Positions 1 to 10,470 of a stretch of DNA of 64,000 nt are shown in pieces. How positions within the stretch are numbered: position 1 is the stretch's first letter; every line of letters begins with the position of its first letter. Source of the stretch: an uncultured Nitrospinota bacterium (GTDB taxonomy: Bacteria; Tectomicrobia; Entotheonellia; J063; CAVPRW01); assembly GCA_963707985.1 (NCBI GenBank), contig CAVPRW010000035.1, positions 32,001 to 96,000 of the forward strand. Direction: 5' to 3'. The translations under genes were made by a program, and so were the position numbers. The notes below the pieces were generated by a model. That model was not told the origin of the DNA and did not search any database. It saw only the letters and a list, made by a program, of their open reading frames with translations.

Positions 1-2652
1 TCATCGCTGGCTTTCGATACGATTTATGCTGAAGGCCACCGACGTTATGTCGAATCGCTCTCAACCTATGCCCGCCAGTTCCTGGAGCGCGTGGAAAAGC
101 CTGACCTCGATTATGTCGAAGGCATTTCTCCGGCGATTGCCATCGAGCAAGTCAATCCGGTGAAGCACTCACGCTCGACCGTGGGTACCTCTACCGAAAT
201 CTATGACTATCTCCGGTTGCTATTCGCCAAGATCGGCGTGACCGTCTGCCCCAATTGTGGGGCGCGAGTGCAACCTGACAGCGTCCAGGGCACCGTCGAT
301 CGACTGCTGGCCGTACATCGCGGTAAACGGGTGTTGATTCTCTATCCCCTGCCGATCACCGCCGCCACCTCGGTAGCGGGGCTGGTGGCCAATCTGCTGG
401 CTGAAGGATTCGTCCGGGTGCAGGTACGAGATCAGGTGCACACACTGACCTCGAATCTGATGCTGGACCTCGTGGGATTGTCGCACATCGACGTCGTGGT
501 GGACCGCCTGGTCGTGCAGGAAAGCCAACGTAGCCGCCTGACGGAGTCCCTAGAGACGGCGTTCATCAAGGGGAGTGGGATGGCGTTGGTCGCTATCGTC
601 GGAGAGGAGACCTGGCGTCTGAGCGATCAGTTTCATTGCCTGCCGTGCGGCCGTGTCTTTGAGCGTCCGACGCCGCTGTTTTTCTCTTTTAACAACCCAC
701 GCGGAGCATGTCCGGTCTGCAAAGGTTTCGGCAACATCTTGGATTATGACCTCAATCTCATCATTCCCGACCCGCACAAGAGCCTGGCAGATGGTGCCAT
801 TGAGCCCTGGACACTGCCACGTTATCGGCGTCACTACAGCGATGAGCTACGGCGACTGGCCCGGCATGAGGGCATCGATTTGCGCCAGGCCTATAATCAG
901 CTGCCAGAGGAGCAGCAGCACAAGATTCTGCATGGCTGTGGAGAGTTCATCGGCGTCCTGCCGTTCTTTCGCCGCCTGGAAGCGAAGAAATATAAGCTGT
1001 ACATTCGGGTCTTTCTGAGCCGCTACGTCACCGCCGTTGATTGCGCCCAGTGCGGCGGCACCCGGTTGCGCCAGGAGGCGTTGTATGTGAAAGTCGGTGG
1101 CTTATCGATCGCTCAACTCAGTCAGATGACGGTCGGAGCGCTCGAACAGTGTTTGGATGCAGCTCAGTTGACCCCATTCGAGCGTGACATCGCCGCCAGG
1201 CTGCTCGCCGAGATCCAGGCACGGCTGCGTTTCTTGCTCCATGTGGGTCTGGATTATCTCAGCATCGATCGCCTCAGCCGTACGCTTTCGGGGGGTGAGG
1301 CCCAGCGGATTAGCCTGGCGAACCAACTGGGCGCCCGCCTGACTGACACGCTGTATATCCTCGATGAGCCCACCATTGGACTCCACCCACGCGATACGCA
1401 ACGCCTCGTGTCTATCTTGCGGCAGCTCACCGACCAGGGGAACACGGTGATCGTCGTCGAACATGATCGCGACGTCATCGTCGCCGCTGATCACGTGGTG
1501 GACCTTGGGCCCGGCGCAGGAGAGCACGGCGGTGAGCTGATGTTCTGCGGCCCGACCGAAAAACTCTGGCACGATCCTACCTCGCTCACCGCCCGTTACC
1601 TGCGAGAGGAGCTGACCATCCCGCTGCCGCGGCAGCGACGGCCGACGAATGGCCAGACGCTACAGCTGCTCGGAGCACGGGAACATAATCTACAAGGGCT
1701 CGATATTAGCATTCCCTTGCACACACTGACCTGCGTCACCGGCGTCTCTGGCTCCGGGAAAAGCACGCTGGTGCACGACACCCTCTACCGTGCCCTCGAA
1801 CGCGTCTTCCACGGCACCAGCAGCAAGATGGGTAAGTTCGACCGCATCGTGGGGGTGGAGTACTTGCGTGATGTGATTCTCCTCGACCAGCAACCGATCG
1901 GCAAAACCCCGCGCTCCAATCCGGTGACCTATGTGGACGCGTTTGGCCCCATCCGCAAGCTCTTCGCGCAGACCTCCAGGGCGCGGCTCGCAGGCTATCG
2001 CGCCGGCGATTTCTCCTTTAACGTACCGGGAGGGCGCTGTGAGGCCTGCGAGGGCAATGGCTCTGTGCGGATCGAGATGCATTTCATGGCCGATCTCTAC
2101 GTCACCTGCGAGCATTGCGGCGGCACACGCTTTAAGCCCGAGATCTTGGAAGTACGCTACGGTGGCGTGAACATTCATGAGGCGTTGCAGATGAGCGTTA
2201 CACAGGCGGTAGATTTTTTTACCGAGGCCCCTCAGGCGCAAACACGCCTGGCACTGATCGCCGAGGTCGGCTTGGGCTATATTCGACTGGGCCAGCCCGC
2301 CAACACGCTCTCCGGGGGTGAGGCCCAACGCCTCAAGATCGCTGCCGAGTTCGGGAAAAAAGCTCCGCGCGACATCCTCTACATGCTCGATGAACCGACC
2401 ACGGGTCTGCATTTCGACGATGTACGGACGCTCGTGCAGGTGCTCAATCGCCTGGTCGATCAAGGGAACACGGTGGTAGTCGTGGAGCACAATCTTGAGG
2501 TGATCAAAACCAGCGATTATGTCATTGACCTCGGCCCTGAGGGCGGGGAACGCGGTGGTAAGATTGTGGCGGTAGGGACCCCTGAGGCGATTGCCCACAA
2601 CCGGCGATCGCATACCGGACGGTATCTACGCCAGGTGCTGAAACGGGCCTAA
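1..2652 (+). CDS. uvrA: Excinuclease ABC subunit UvrA (5' end lies outside the window)
   Basis: Frame is open from base 1 (SSLAFDTIYAEGHRRYVESL). Two ABC signature motifs (LSGGEAQR), Walker A GVSGSGKS, LDEPT Walker B motifs and CxxC zinc fingers. Confidence 0.95.
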   Translation, partial: SSLAFDTIYAEGHRRYVESLSTYARQFLERVEKPDLDYVEGISPAIAIEQVNPVKHSRSTVGTSTEIYDYLRLLFAKIGVTVCPNCGARVQPDSVQGTVDRLLAVHRGKRVLILYPLPITAATSVAGLVANLLAEGFVRVQVRDQVHTLTSNLMLDLVGLSHIDVVVDRLVVQESQRSRLTESLETAFIKGSGMALVAIVGEETWRLSDQFHCLPCGRVFERPTPLFFSFNNPRGACPVCKGFGNILDYDLNLIIPDPHKSLADGAIEPWTLPRYRRHYSDELRRLARHEGIDLRQAYNQLPEEQQHKILHGCGEFIGVLPFFRRLEAKKYKLYIRVFLSRYVTAVDCAQCGGTRLRQEALYVKVGGLSIAQLSQMTVGALEQCLDAAQLTPFERDIAARLLAEIQARLRFLLHVGLDYLSIDRLSRTLSGGEAQRISLANQLGARLTDTLYILDEPTIGLHPRDTQRLVSILRQLTDQGNTVIVVEHDRDVIVAADHVVDLGPGAGEHGGELMFCGPTEKLWHDPTSLTARYLREELTIPLPRQRRPTNGQTLQLLGAREHNLQGLDISIPLHTLTCVTGVSGSGKSTLVHDTLYRALERVFHGTSSKMGKFDRIVGVEYLRDVILLDQQPIGKTPRSNPVTYVDAFGPIRKLFAQTSRARLAGYRAGDFSFNVPGGRCEACEGNGSVRIEMHFMADLYVTCEHCGGTRFKPEILEVRYGGVNIHEALQMSVTQAVDFFTEAPQAQTRLALIAEVGLGYIRLGQPANTLSGGEAQRLKIAAEFGKKAPRDILYMLDEPTTGLHFDDVRTLVQVLNRLVDQGNTVVVVEHNLEVIKTSDYVIDLGPEGGERGGKIVAVGTPEAIAHNRRSHTGRYLRQVLKRA

Positions 2653-2709
2653 CAGACACCCATGGGCGGCGGTGATCCTGTGGACAGCCGACGACACGCG
2701 AGTCAAGGG

Positions 2710-2991
2710 ATGAACGATCCGATGGACGAGACCTACTACGAGTTCGAGCCCGAATGGGAGCAAATTTTCACCACCTCCAGCGAAGTGGAGAGCCACCTCA
2801 TCAAAGGCCTACTTGAAGGTGAGGGAATGCCCTGCCGGCTGCACTCGCGGCGAGTGCCGCAGTTTCCCCTGACCGTCAATGGCCTGGGGACGATCGAGAT
2901 CCACGTCCGCCCACAGGACGCGCCGGAAGGCCGCCGTCTCCTCTTTATGATATGCTCTGCGGGGAAACCGCAGCCCTCGCGTGAGATGTAA
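2710..2991 (+). CDS. DUF2007-like putative signal-transducing protein
   Basis: Pattern VESHLIKGLLEGEGMPC...GLGTIEIHVRPQD; small size. Start may instead be 2662. Confidence 0.7.
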   Translation: MNDPMDETYYEFEPEWEQIFTTSSEVESHLIKGLLEGEGMPCRLHSRRVPQFPLTVNGLGTIEIHVRPQDAPEGRRLLFMICSAGKPQPSREM

Positions 2992-3062
2992 ACCACATGC
3001 CAACATTTCGGTTGACAGTCAAGAGTGTTCATTGTCCGCGTAGCATCCGTCGAGGAGGGATC

Positions 3063-4377
3063 ATGAAGCAGGTGTGGGTGTGTCTGTGTGTCATCGGCGT
3101 CTGGGGTGGCAGTGTGGCATGGGCCCAGCTCCCACAAATCGAGGATTACCGCGGTGATCTGTGGTCCCGCCCAGCGCTGACGGGTGATTGGGGTGGCCTG
3201 CGCAACACCCTGGCGAACAAGGGCATCAATCTCGATGTCGACCTGGTGCAAGGCGTGTTGGGCCTCAATACGGGGGGTTCGTTCCGCAATCAGGACAGCA
3301 TGCGGTACCCCTATGGTGGGCACGCCCAGTACGATCTCAACATCGATACCGGCAAGCTGGGCCTGTGGCCCGGCGGCTTTCTCCATATCATGGGGGAGAG
3401 CCAATTTGGCTCGTATCTGCAGGGGAAAGAAACCGGTGCCCTGCTGCCTCCCAATGCCGCCGCCCTCTACCCCATGCCGTTCGATGACACGACCACGCTC
3501 ACGAGCGTCGTCTTCACCCAATTTCTGGCCAAGTGGTTCGGCATCTACCTGGGCAAGCTCGACACCTTCGGCGGCGATATGAATGCCTTGGCCCACGAGT
3601 GGAAAACCCAATTCATGAATACCGGCTTCGGCCCGAACCCGGTCCTCTTCAATACCTTCCCGTATTCGACGTTGGGCGCCGGCTTGATCGTGCTCCCCAC
3701 CGACGTGGTGCAGTTCACCTTCACCGCTGCGAGTCCAGGGGGGACTGCCAATAGCGCTGGGTTCAATACCCTGCTCGAGGAGGGTGTCGTGCTGGACGCG
3801 GAGCTCCGGGTGGGGATCAAGCCTTTCGGCCTGCCTGGACACCAATTGTTCGGCGGCATCTGGAGCAGCCAAAGCGTTCACATCTCTGGCGCAAGATCCG
3901 CGCGAGGCGATCCCGGTCGGGGACGTTCTTCGGGGGGAGATCTCCCTCAGCGACGCCCGCAGCGAGGTGCAGATTCGCGACACGTCAGGCTCCTGGGCCG
4001 CCTACTATAACTTCGATCAGTTCCTCTATACGACCACCGCGGACGGTTCACAAGGCATCGGCATCTTCGGCCGGATAGGCCTTGGGGATCCGAACACCAA
4101 CATTCTCGAACAGTTCTACAGCTTCGGCATCGCGGGTCAGGGCATGCTCCCCGGGCGCGATCGGGACCGCTATGGCATCGGCTTCTACTATACCAACTTC
4201 AGTAGCAAGTTACCGGAGATCATCCTCTCGGGCGATGAGATTGGCCTGGAAGTCTTCTACAACATTGCCGCGACCCCCTGGCTCTTTGTGACCCCGGATA
4301 TCCAGGTCATCGAACCGGCGGGCAAACGTGCCACCACCGCCTTCCTCTCCGGCGTGCGTGTGCAGATGTGCTTCTGA
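3063..4377 (+). CDS. Carbohydrate-selective porin, OprB family (one frameshift near 3870)
   Basis: Signal peptide, LTGDWGGLRNTLANKGI motif, C-terminal LEVFYN...VTPDIQVI and terminal Phe. Split over ORFs 2997..4010 and 3784..4377 by one extra base. Confidence 0.85.
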
Positions 4378-4499
4378 CCGACAAAGCCATTCATCCCCAT
4401 GTGGGGAGAGATTTTAGCCTTGACAAGAGGGGTAGGGAAAGGCTGCGAGAGGCATTCATCACCAGAGGCCGTGTTCTCTAGCATGAGAGGAGGAAGGAG

Positions 4500-4781
4500 A
4501 TGCCTGCGATATCCGAGAGTGAAGCCCGTACCCGAATGGGGGAAGTACCAGGTTGGGACATTGGCGACAAGTCGCTGGTCCGTAAACTGGCATTACCGTC
4601 ATTTCCTGATGCCATGGCCTTCGTGCTCAAGGTTGCCTTCGTAGCAGAGGCTGCTGATCACCATCCCGACATCGCCATCAACTACCGTCGCGTGACGCTC
4701 ACGCTGTGGACACACACAGAAGGCGGCATCACAGAGAAAGATTTCGCGCTAGCGAAAGCGATCAACAAGTTGCTTGGATGA
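4500..4781 (+). CDS. phhB: Pterin-4-alpha-carbinolamine dehydratase
   Basis: AEAADHHPDI and LWTHTEGGITEKDF motifs; strong RBS GAGGAGGAAGGAG. Confidence 0.92.
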   Translation: MPAISESEARTRMGEVPGWDIGDKSLVRKLALPSFPDAMAFVLKVAFVAEAADHHPDIAINYRRVTLTLWTHTEGGITEKDFALAKAINKLLG

Positions 4782-4808
4782 GATCCCTCTTCATGTTGGT
4801 AAAAATTG

Positions 4809-5696
4809 CTAACGCCGCAGACGGGGATCCAGTGCATCCCGTAGCCCATCACCCAGCAGGTTAAAGCTCACCACAATGAGAAAAATCGCCATCCCCGGAA
4901 AGAAGGTGACCCAGGGGGCCAGGCGCAGATATGATCGCCCTTCCGACAGCATCGCCCCCCACTCAGGAGTGGGGGGTGTCGCTCCGAGCCCCAAAAAACT
5001 GAGTGCCGCGGCTTCGACGATGGCTTCGGCGAGCCCCAGCGTGGCTTGCACGATGACCGGGGGCATGACGTTCGGGACGAGATGACGACACAGCAGGTGT
5101 CGTTGCCTGATCCCGAGCGCCTGCCCGGCTTCGACGTAGGTTTGTGCTTTTTCCACCAGGGTCGTGGCGCGAACCAGACGGATGAAGCGCGGCAGATAGA
5201 TGATGGCGAGTGCCAGCATGGCATTGCGCAAGCCGGGGCCGAAGGCGGTAACGATGGCGATGGCCAGGAGCACGGCCGGAAACGCCAGCAGGATATCGCT
5301 GGTGCGCATAATGACCGCATCGATGAGCTGTCCCCAGCGTCCTGCGGTGTAAAATCCTGCCACCAGTCCGAGCCCCAGCCCTCCAGCCACAGCGATGCCA
5401 ACAGAAACGAAGCCGATCGTGAGGGAGATGCGTGCACCATGCAGGACGCGACTCAAGATATCCCGCCCGAAATCGTCGGTGCCCAGCAGGTGTTCCCGAG
5501 AAGGCCCCTGCAGGCGCCGATTCAGATCCTGGGCGAGTGGATCGTAGGGACTCAGCCAGGGGGCCAGCAAAGCCATCACGAAGAAACACAAGGTGACCAG
5601 CGCGCCGGTGACCCCGCCGGGGTGCCGCAGGAGTCGCCGAAGGATGGCACGCCCAGGGTGAAGGGGTTGGGCCTGGGACAGGGAGCCGCTATTCAT
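4809..5696 (-). CDS. Peptide/nickel ABC transporter permease (DppC-like)
   Basis: HLLGTDDFGRDILSR, EAA loop, LSFLGLG...PEWG, LGDGLRDALDPR. Confidence 0.93.
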   Translation of the reverse strand: MNSGSLSQAQPLHPGRAILRRLLRHPGGVTGALVTLCFFVMALLAPWLSPYDPLAQDLNRRLQGPSREHLLGTDDFGRDILSRVLHGARISLTIGFVSVGIAVAGGLGLGLVAGFYTAGRWGQLIDAVIMRTSDILLAFPAVLLAIAIVTAFGPGLRNAMLALAIIYLPRFIRLVRATTLVEKAQTYVEAGQALGIRQRHLLCRHLVPNVMPPVIVQATLGLAEAIVEAAALSFLGLGATPPTPEWGAMLSEGRSYLRLAPWVTFFPGMAIFLIVVSFNLLGDGLRDALDPRLRR

Positions 5697-6693
5697 AGCG
5701 AATGTGCGGGTTGGCGAGCGCGTATAATAAATCTACCGCCAGGTTGATGACCGAGAACGTGGCAGCGATCAGTAATGTGCCGCCCTGGACCACCGGATAA
5801 TCTCGCGCCAAGACGGCGTTATATAATAAGCGTCCCAAACCCGGCCAGGAAAAGATGGTCTCGGTGAGAATGGCCCCGCCCAAGAGCAGGCCAAACTGGA
5901 GTCCACCGATGGTCAAAATCGGGATCAGGGCATTGCGCAACGCATGGCGGGTCACCACCCTCCATTCATGCACACCCTTGCCACGGGCGGTCAGGATGTA
6001 CTCCTGCCGCAGCACCTCCAGCAGGCTCGAACGGGTCATGCGAGCGATAATGGCGAGCGGCACGGTGGCCAGGGTCAGGCTCGGTAACACCAGATGCCAG
6101 AGGGCATTCCAGAAGGCCTGCCAATGGCGTGTGAGTAGACTATCAAGAAGGTAAAAACCACTGATCGTGTCCAGGGACAGTCGCGCATCGAGACGCCCTG
6201 AGGGTGGAAACCAGCCCAACAACAGGGCAAAAGTCCAAATTATCATCAGACCAAGCCAAAAGATTGGCATCGACACACCGGCCAGCGACAGCAGCATAAA
6301 GCCGCTGTCCAGCACCGAGTAATGGTGAGTGGCCGACACGATGCCGGCCAGGACGCCGATGACGCTGGCCACGCAGAAAGCTGTGAGACTGAGCTCGATG
6401 GTCGCCGGAAAACGCTCTGATAACTCCTCGACGACGCGTGTGTTGGTGTGGATTGAACGGCCCAAATTGCCGGTAAGAATGTTCTTGAGGTAGATGAGAT
6501 ACTGAACGGCCAAGGGTCGATCCAGGCCAAGGCTGTGGCGCAATTCGGCGCTACGCTCAGCCGTGGCACGCTCCCCTAACATCACTAGGGCAGGGTCGCC
6601 GGGGATCAGGCGCATAAGCAGGAAAATGGTGAAGGAGACGCCCAACAATACATACATGAGGCAGAAGAGACGCCGTGCGACGTAAGGCACCAT
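5689..6693 (-). CDS. Peptide/nickel ABC transporter permease (DppB-like)
   Basis: PGDP, RFPATIEL, ARMTRSSLLEVL, TETIFSWPGLG, RDYPVVQG. Confidence 0.93.
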   Translation of the reverse strand: MVPYVARRLFCLMYVLLGVSFTIFLLMRLIPGDPALVMLGERATAERSAELRHSLGLDRPLAVQYLIYLKNILTGNLGRSIHTNTRVVEELSERFPATIELSLTAFCVASVIGVLAGIVSATHHYSVLDSGFMLLSLAGVSMPIFWLGLMIIWTFALLLGWFPPSGRLDARLSLDTISGFYLLDSLLTRHWQAFWNALWHLVLPSLTLATVPLAIIARMTRSSLLEVLRQEYILTARGKGVHEWRVVTRHALRNALIPILTIGGLQFGLLLGGAILTETIFSWPGLGRLLYNAVLARDYPVVQGGTLLIAATFSVINLAVDLLYALANPHIRYE

Positions 6694-6699
6694 GCCCGG

Positions 6700-8265
6700 C
6701 TACTGCTTTTCAAGCCAAACGGTGTCCAGCTTCTCGCCGCCCGTCGCATGAGGGATGTAGCCCATGACGGTCTTCTTGGCGGCCAACGGCGGGGTGGTGT
6801 GGGCGATGGTCACGTTCGCCGCATCCTCTTTCAGCACTACCTGCGCCTCACGGTACAACTGCGCGCGCTCCTCCTGCGTGAGGACAGCGCGCGCCTTGCT
6901 TGTCAGCTCCGCTGCCTTGGCGTTGAAATAGCGCGAGCGTGTCTCTTGTTGCCCGAAGAACCAATACAGAAAGTTATCTGGATCGCCGTTATCACCTGTC
7001 CAGCCCAGCATATACATGTCTTGCTCGCCGTCACGAGTCTTAGCCAGATAGGTGGCCCAATCCATGGTAACGATGTCGGCGTCGATGCCCACGGCTTTCA
7101 GATCGGCCTGGATCGCTTCGGCGATTTTCGTCGGCTGTGGCATGTATGGCCGTGGATTCGGCATCACCCACAGTTTGGTCTTGAAGCCATTCGGTAGGCC
7201 AGCTTTGGCAAGAAACTGGCGCGCGCTCGCTGGATCGTACTCATAATCCGCCACGGCATCGTTATAGCCCCATAGCGACGGCGGCAGCATATTCGTGGCC
7301 GGGACGCCAATGCCGCCGAACAGCTTCTCGACGATGACCCGCTTGTTGATCGCATGGGCAATGGCACGGCGCACGTCACGCTTGCCGAAAGGCTCCTTCT
7401 CCACATTCCACCAGAGGTAGCCGACGTTCATGCTGGGGCGCAGGATAAGTTGGAGATGCGCATCGTTTTGGATGCTTGGGATGTCATCCGGGTTGAGAAA
7501 TTCCATCAGATCGATGCTGCCGGTTTGTAGTTCGAGCAGGCGAGCCGAGTTGTCGACGATGGAACGGAAGATGACACGATCGAGTAAGGCCTTTTCACCC
7601 CAGTAGCTGGGGTTGCGCTCCAAGACGATGCGGTCATCTTTCCGCCATTCTCTATAGCGGAATGGCCCTGTGCCCACAGGGTTCTTGAAATAATCGTCGC
7701 CATGCTTTTTGATCGCCGTCGGACTGGCGATCCCGAACATCGGCATGGCGAGATTGGCCAGGAAAGGGGCCATCGGCTTATCAAGAACAAACTCCACGGA
7801 GAACTCATCGATCGCTTTGACCGATTTCACGAAGCCAGGAAAACCGCCAAACATCGACTTCCAATATTCAAAGACGCCCTTATGGTAGGGATGCTGCTCG
7901 AACATCCATCGTTCAAAGTTGAACACCACAGCTTCCGCATTGAAGGGCGTGCCGTCGTGAAACGTGACGTGGTGCCGCAGTTCGAATTTCCATTCGAGCC
8001 CAGAGGGTGAGGTCACCCAAAGCTCGGCGAGGCAGGGGACGATCTCGGTGCTGTCGCGTTTGTACTCCAACAGCGACTCATAGATGTTGCGCGTGACGCG
8101 GAACGATTCGCCATCCGTGACCACGGCAGGGTCGAGTCCGACCGAATCAGCACCGCGGCCGAAGACGAAGGCTCCCCCTTTGACCGGGGTCTGCGCCCAC
8201 CCCGCCGCAATGCCCATCCATACCAGACATAGCGCCAGCAGCCACATGCCGGGGCGAGTCTTCAT
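6700..8265 (-). CDS. Peptide ABC transporter substrate-binding protein (family 5, DppA-like)
   Basis: Signal peptide, FHDGTPFNAEAV, PVGTGPF, GWTGDNGDPDNF. Confidence 0.93.
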   Translation of the reverse strand: MKTRPGMWLLALCLVWMGIAAGWAQTPVKGGAFVFGRGADSVGLDPAVVTDGESFRVTRNIYESLLEYKRDSTEIVPCLAELWVTSPSGLEWKFELRHHVTFHDGTPFNAEAVVFNFERWMFEQHPYHKGVFEYWKSMFGGFPGFVKSVKAIDEFSVEFVLDKPMAPFLANLAMPMFGIASPTAIKKHGDDYFKNPVGTGPFRYREWRKDDRIVLERNPSYWGEKALLDRVIFRSIVDNSARLLELQTGSIDLMEFLNPDDIPSIQNDAHLQLILRPSMNVGYLWWNVEKEPFGKRDVRRAIAHAINKRVIVEKLFGGIGVPATNMLPPSLWGYNDAVADYEYDPASARQFLAKAGLPNGFKTKLWVMPNPRPYMPQPTKIAEAIQADLKAVGIDADIVTMDWATYLAKTRDGEQDMYMLGWTGDNGDPDNFLYWFFGQQETRSRYFNAKAAELTSKARAVLTQEERAQLYREAQVVLKEDAANVTIAHTTPPLAAKKTVMGYIPHATGGEKLDTVWLEKQ

Positions 8266-8295
8266 GGCGTGCTCCTTCATGGGCACATCTGTGCC

Positions 8296-8811
8296 CTAGG
8301 CTGGGCGAAACGGTGTCCCGAAACGCTCACGGTGTGCGATCTGCTCCAGCGTTTTGCGCCGCTTCCTCAGACGCTTGGCAACATCCGTAGGATAGCCAAA
8401 TGGGAGCACGGTAATCAGCTCGCAGCCTTCGGGGATGTCGAGCAGATGTTTGACCCCGTCGCGATCCACCCCCCCGATCCAGCAACTGCCGAGCCCTTCC
8501 TCCCAGGCCGCCAGTTGCATGCTGGAAATGGCGCGTGTTCCGTCGACGAGCGGCACTCGTGCGCCGTCTGTCACCACCACGATGGCCAGCGGGGCCTCCG
8601 CTAGATAAGGTCCTGAGGGTGCCATCGCAGCTAGTTGCTTGAGGGTCTCCCTGTCCTGCACCACAATGAAATGCCAGGGCTGTCGATTGCGCTGGCTTGG
8701 AGACCAGCGTCCCGCTTCGAGAATTTTCTGCAGAACGGCCTCGGGCACGACATCGGGCTTGAACTCTCGAGTTTCGATGCGTCCACGTACGCATTCAAAA
8801 ACGCTCATCAT
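8296..8811 (-). CDS. Nitroreductase family protein
   Basis: RIETREF, ILEAGRWSPSQRNRQPWHFIVV, LAAWEEGLGSCWIG. Confidence 0.9.
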   Translation of the reverse strand: MMSVFECVRGRIETREFKPDVVPEAVLQKILEAGRWSPSQRNRQPWHFIVVQDRETLKQLAAMAPSGPYLAEAPLAIVVVTDGARVPLVDGTRAISSMQLAAWEEGLGSCWIGGVDRDGVKHLLDIPEGCELITVLPFGYPTDVAKRLRKRRKTLEQIAHRERFGTPFRPA

Positions 8812-9209
8812 CTCTTCGCCCCCCTGCATTCCCCATGTACGCTGCTGGTACGTTCGCTGTCGCTTATGTTACCCACTTCGTGGAGCTGAGACAACCCTCT
8901 TCCCGCCAGGCGGGCTGGACCGCATGTTCATGCGTCATCCCTGCGGCTCTCACTCTCAGATGGAGAGCCGCGTTATGAGGTCTAGCCATGCCTGTCAGCC
9001 ACGACCGCTAGGGGTGCGAGGTCGAGACCCCGGAGGCTTGGTGAGCGGGCATCAATGGGAGGCTGGGGACGAGGCGCAGTGCTATACAAGATGGCATGTC
9101 TCAGAGAATTCTTGACACGGCATGCATAAATGTGTAGAAACAGCTATATTAGCTTCAGGATCTGGCTTGCTTAAATACGTGCGGTGCTTAATAAGTAAAA
9201 AGTCTGAAA

Positions 9210-9250
9210 TAAGAATAATTCTTGACAATGTCCGCATGAGAGTATATAGT
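9210..9250 (+). promoter_or_regulatory. Sigma70 promoter of perR with an overlapping Per/Fur-like inverted repeat
   Basis: TTGACA (9222-9227), 17 nt spacer, TATAGT (9245-9250). AAGAAT-A-ATTCTT palindrome runs into the -35 element. Confidence 0.7.
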
Positions 9251-9279
9251 GACTCTCGAACATGAAACGAGGGGGCAAG

Positions 9280-9759
9280 ATGCTTCAGGGGCGGGAAGGG
9301 ATCGACCGACAGCTAGGGGCTCAGCACTACGAGCATCGGATGGAGCGAACCGCAGAGGCGCTACAGTCGAAGGGGTTTCGGCTGACGCCACATCGCGAAG
9401 CGGTGCACGCTTACCTGGCGAGCGTTGATCATCATCCGACCGCAGAAGAGGTCTATCTCGCTGTGAAAGCCCATGGATCGCGGTTGAGTTTGGCGACGGT
9501 CTATAATGCCCTGGAAGCCCTAGTTGCGGCTGGCTTAGCGAGTAAACTCGCCTTCGGCGATGGCTCGGCGCGCTACGATATTCGGACGGACCAGCATGAC
9601 CACATCCATTGCTTGGGCTGCGGCATGCTACGCGATTTGCCTCCACGCCTTAGGAGAGATTCCCTCGGCGAAGTGCCGGAGGAGGGCTTTCAGGTGACGG
9701 GGTATCGCTTGGAGCTACTCGGCTATTGTGCGGCCTGCCGCCAGGGCCAAAACCACTAA
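9280..9759 (+). CDS. perR: Fur-family regulator, PerR-like
   Basis: HHPTAEEVY, SLATVYNAL, HDHIHCLGCG..RD (Asp at the PerR-diagnostic position), C-terminal CAAC; adjacent to dps and a Per box. Confidence 0.8.
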   Translation: MLQGREGIDRQLGAQHYEHRMERTAEALQSKGFRLTPHREAVHAYLASVDHHPTAEEVYLAVKAHGSRLSLATVYNALEALVAAGLASKLAFGDGSARYDIRTDQHDHIHCLGCGMLRDLPPRLRRDSLGEVPEEGFQVTGYRLELLGYCAACRQGQNH

Positions 9760-9777
9760 ATTTTTTTGGTGTTTATA

Positions 9778-9792
9778 TTATAATTATTATAA
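9778..9792. promoter_or_regulatory. Per box upstream of dps
   Basis: TTATAATTATTATAA is an exact match to the B. subtilis PerR consensus TTATAATnATTATAA, inside an AT-rich island. Confidence 0.85.
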
Positions 9793-9874
9793 TTATAATT
9801 ATATGACGTTTGTGCCCGATGCTGTGTCCATAGTATCGGGAAGTGTGGTCCATAATCTCAAAGGAGGGAAATCC

Positions 9875-10351
9875 ATGCATCCGAACATTGGCCTGTTGGA
9901 TGAGCAGCGTGAAGCCGTTGTAGCGCTTCTGAACACGTTGCTGGCAGATGAATACCTACTCTACACCAAGACACGCAATTACCATTGGAACGTGGTGGGG
10001 CCGCAGTTCAACGACCTTCACAAGTTTTTTGAGGCGCAGTATAACGCCCTCAACGACATTGTCGATGACGTGGCTGAACGGGCGCGTGCCCTAGGCGGCA
10101 ACGCCTTGGGCACGATGACGGAGTTCCTTAAATCCACCCGTCTCCAAGAGGAGAGCGGTGATTACCCAGAGGCCCGCCTCATGCTCGCGAATCTGCTCGC
10201 CGATCATGAAGCGCTCATCCGCCATCTGCGCATCGACCTCGAAACCTGTGCCGACCAGTATCACGACACTGGCACCAATGATTTCCTGACGGGACTCATG
10301 GAACAGCATGAAAAGATGGCCTGGATGTTACGGGCCTTCTTGGAAGGGTAG
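9875..10351 (+). CDS. dps: DNA starvation/stationary phase protection protein Dps
   Basis: YTKTRNYHWNVVGPQFNDLHKFFE, DDVAERARALG, HEKMAWML; RBS AGGAGG. Confidence 0.95.
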   Translation: MHPNIGLLDEQREAVVALLNTLLADEYLLYTKTRNYHWNVVGPQFNDLHKFFEAQYNALNDIVDDVAERARALGGNALGTMTEFLKSTRLQEESGDYPEARLMLANLLADHEALIRHLRIDLETCADQYHDTGTNDFLTGLMEQHEKMAWMLRAFLEG

Positions 10352-10470
10352 TCGGCAGGCAGGCGCTCTCTGGTGCCAGGTATTGACGCTTTACACCGGT
10401 GTTGCGTATGGCTATGCTAGGGCCACTTGACATTGCTGCTATCGAAGGCGAAGTCTAGGAGAGCTCCTGC

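Noticed and set aside
1690..2613. Long antisense ORFs here and opposite many other genes (e.g. 2736..3983, 24658..25872, 59831..60940)
   Set aside because: Shadow ORFs expected from high-GC codon bias opposite well-supported genes.
3063..4377. Phase variation of the porin
   Set aside because: The shift is not in a long homopolymer or repeat tract; most likely a sequencing insertion.
9771..9805. ATT/TAA microsatellite or extended Dps N-terminus (YYNYYNYNY)
   Set aside because: Better explained as overlapping Per boxes; Dps starts at 9875 after a clear RBS.
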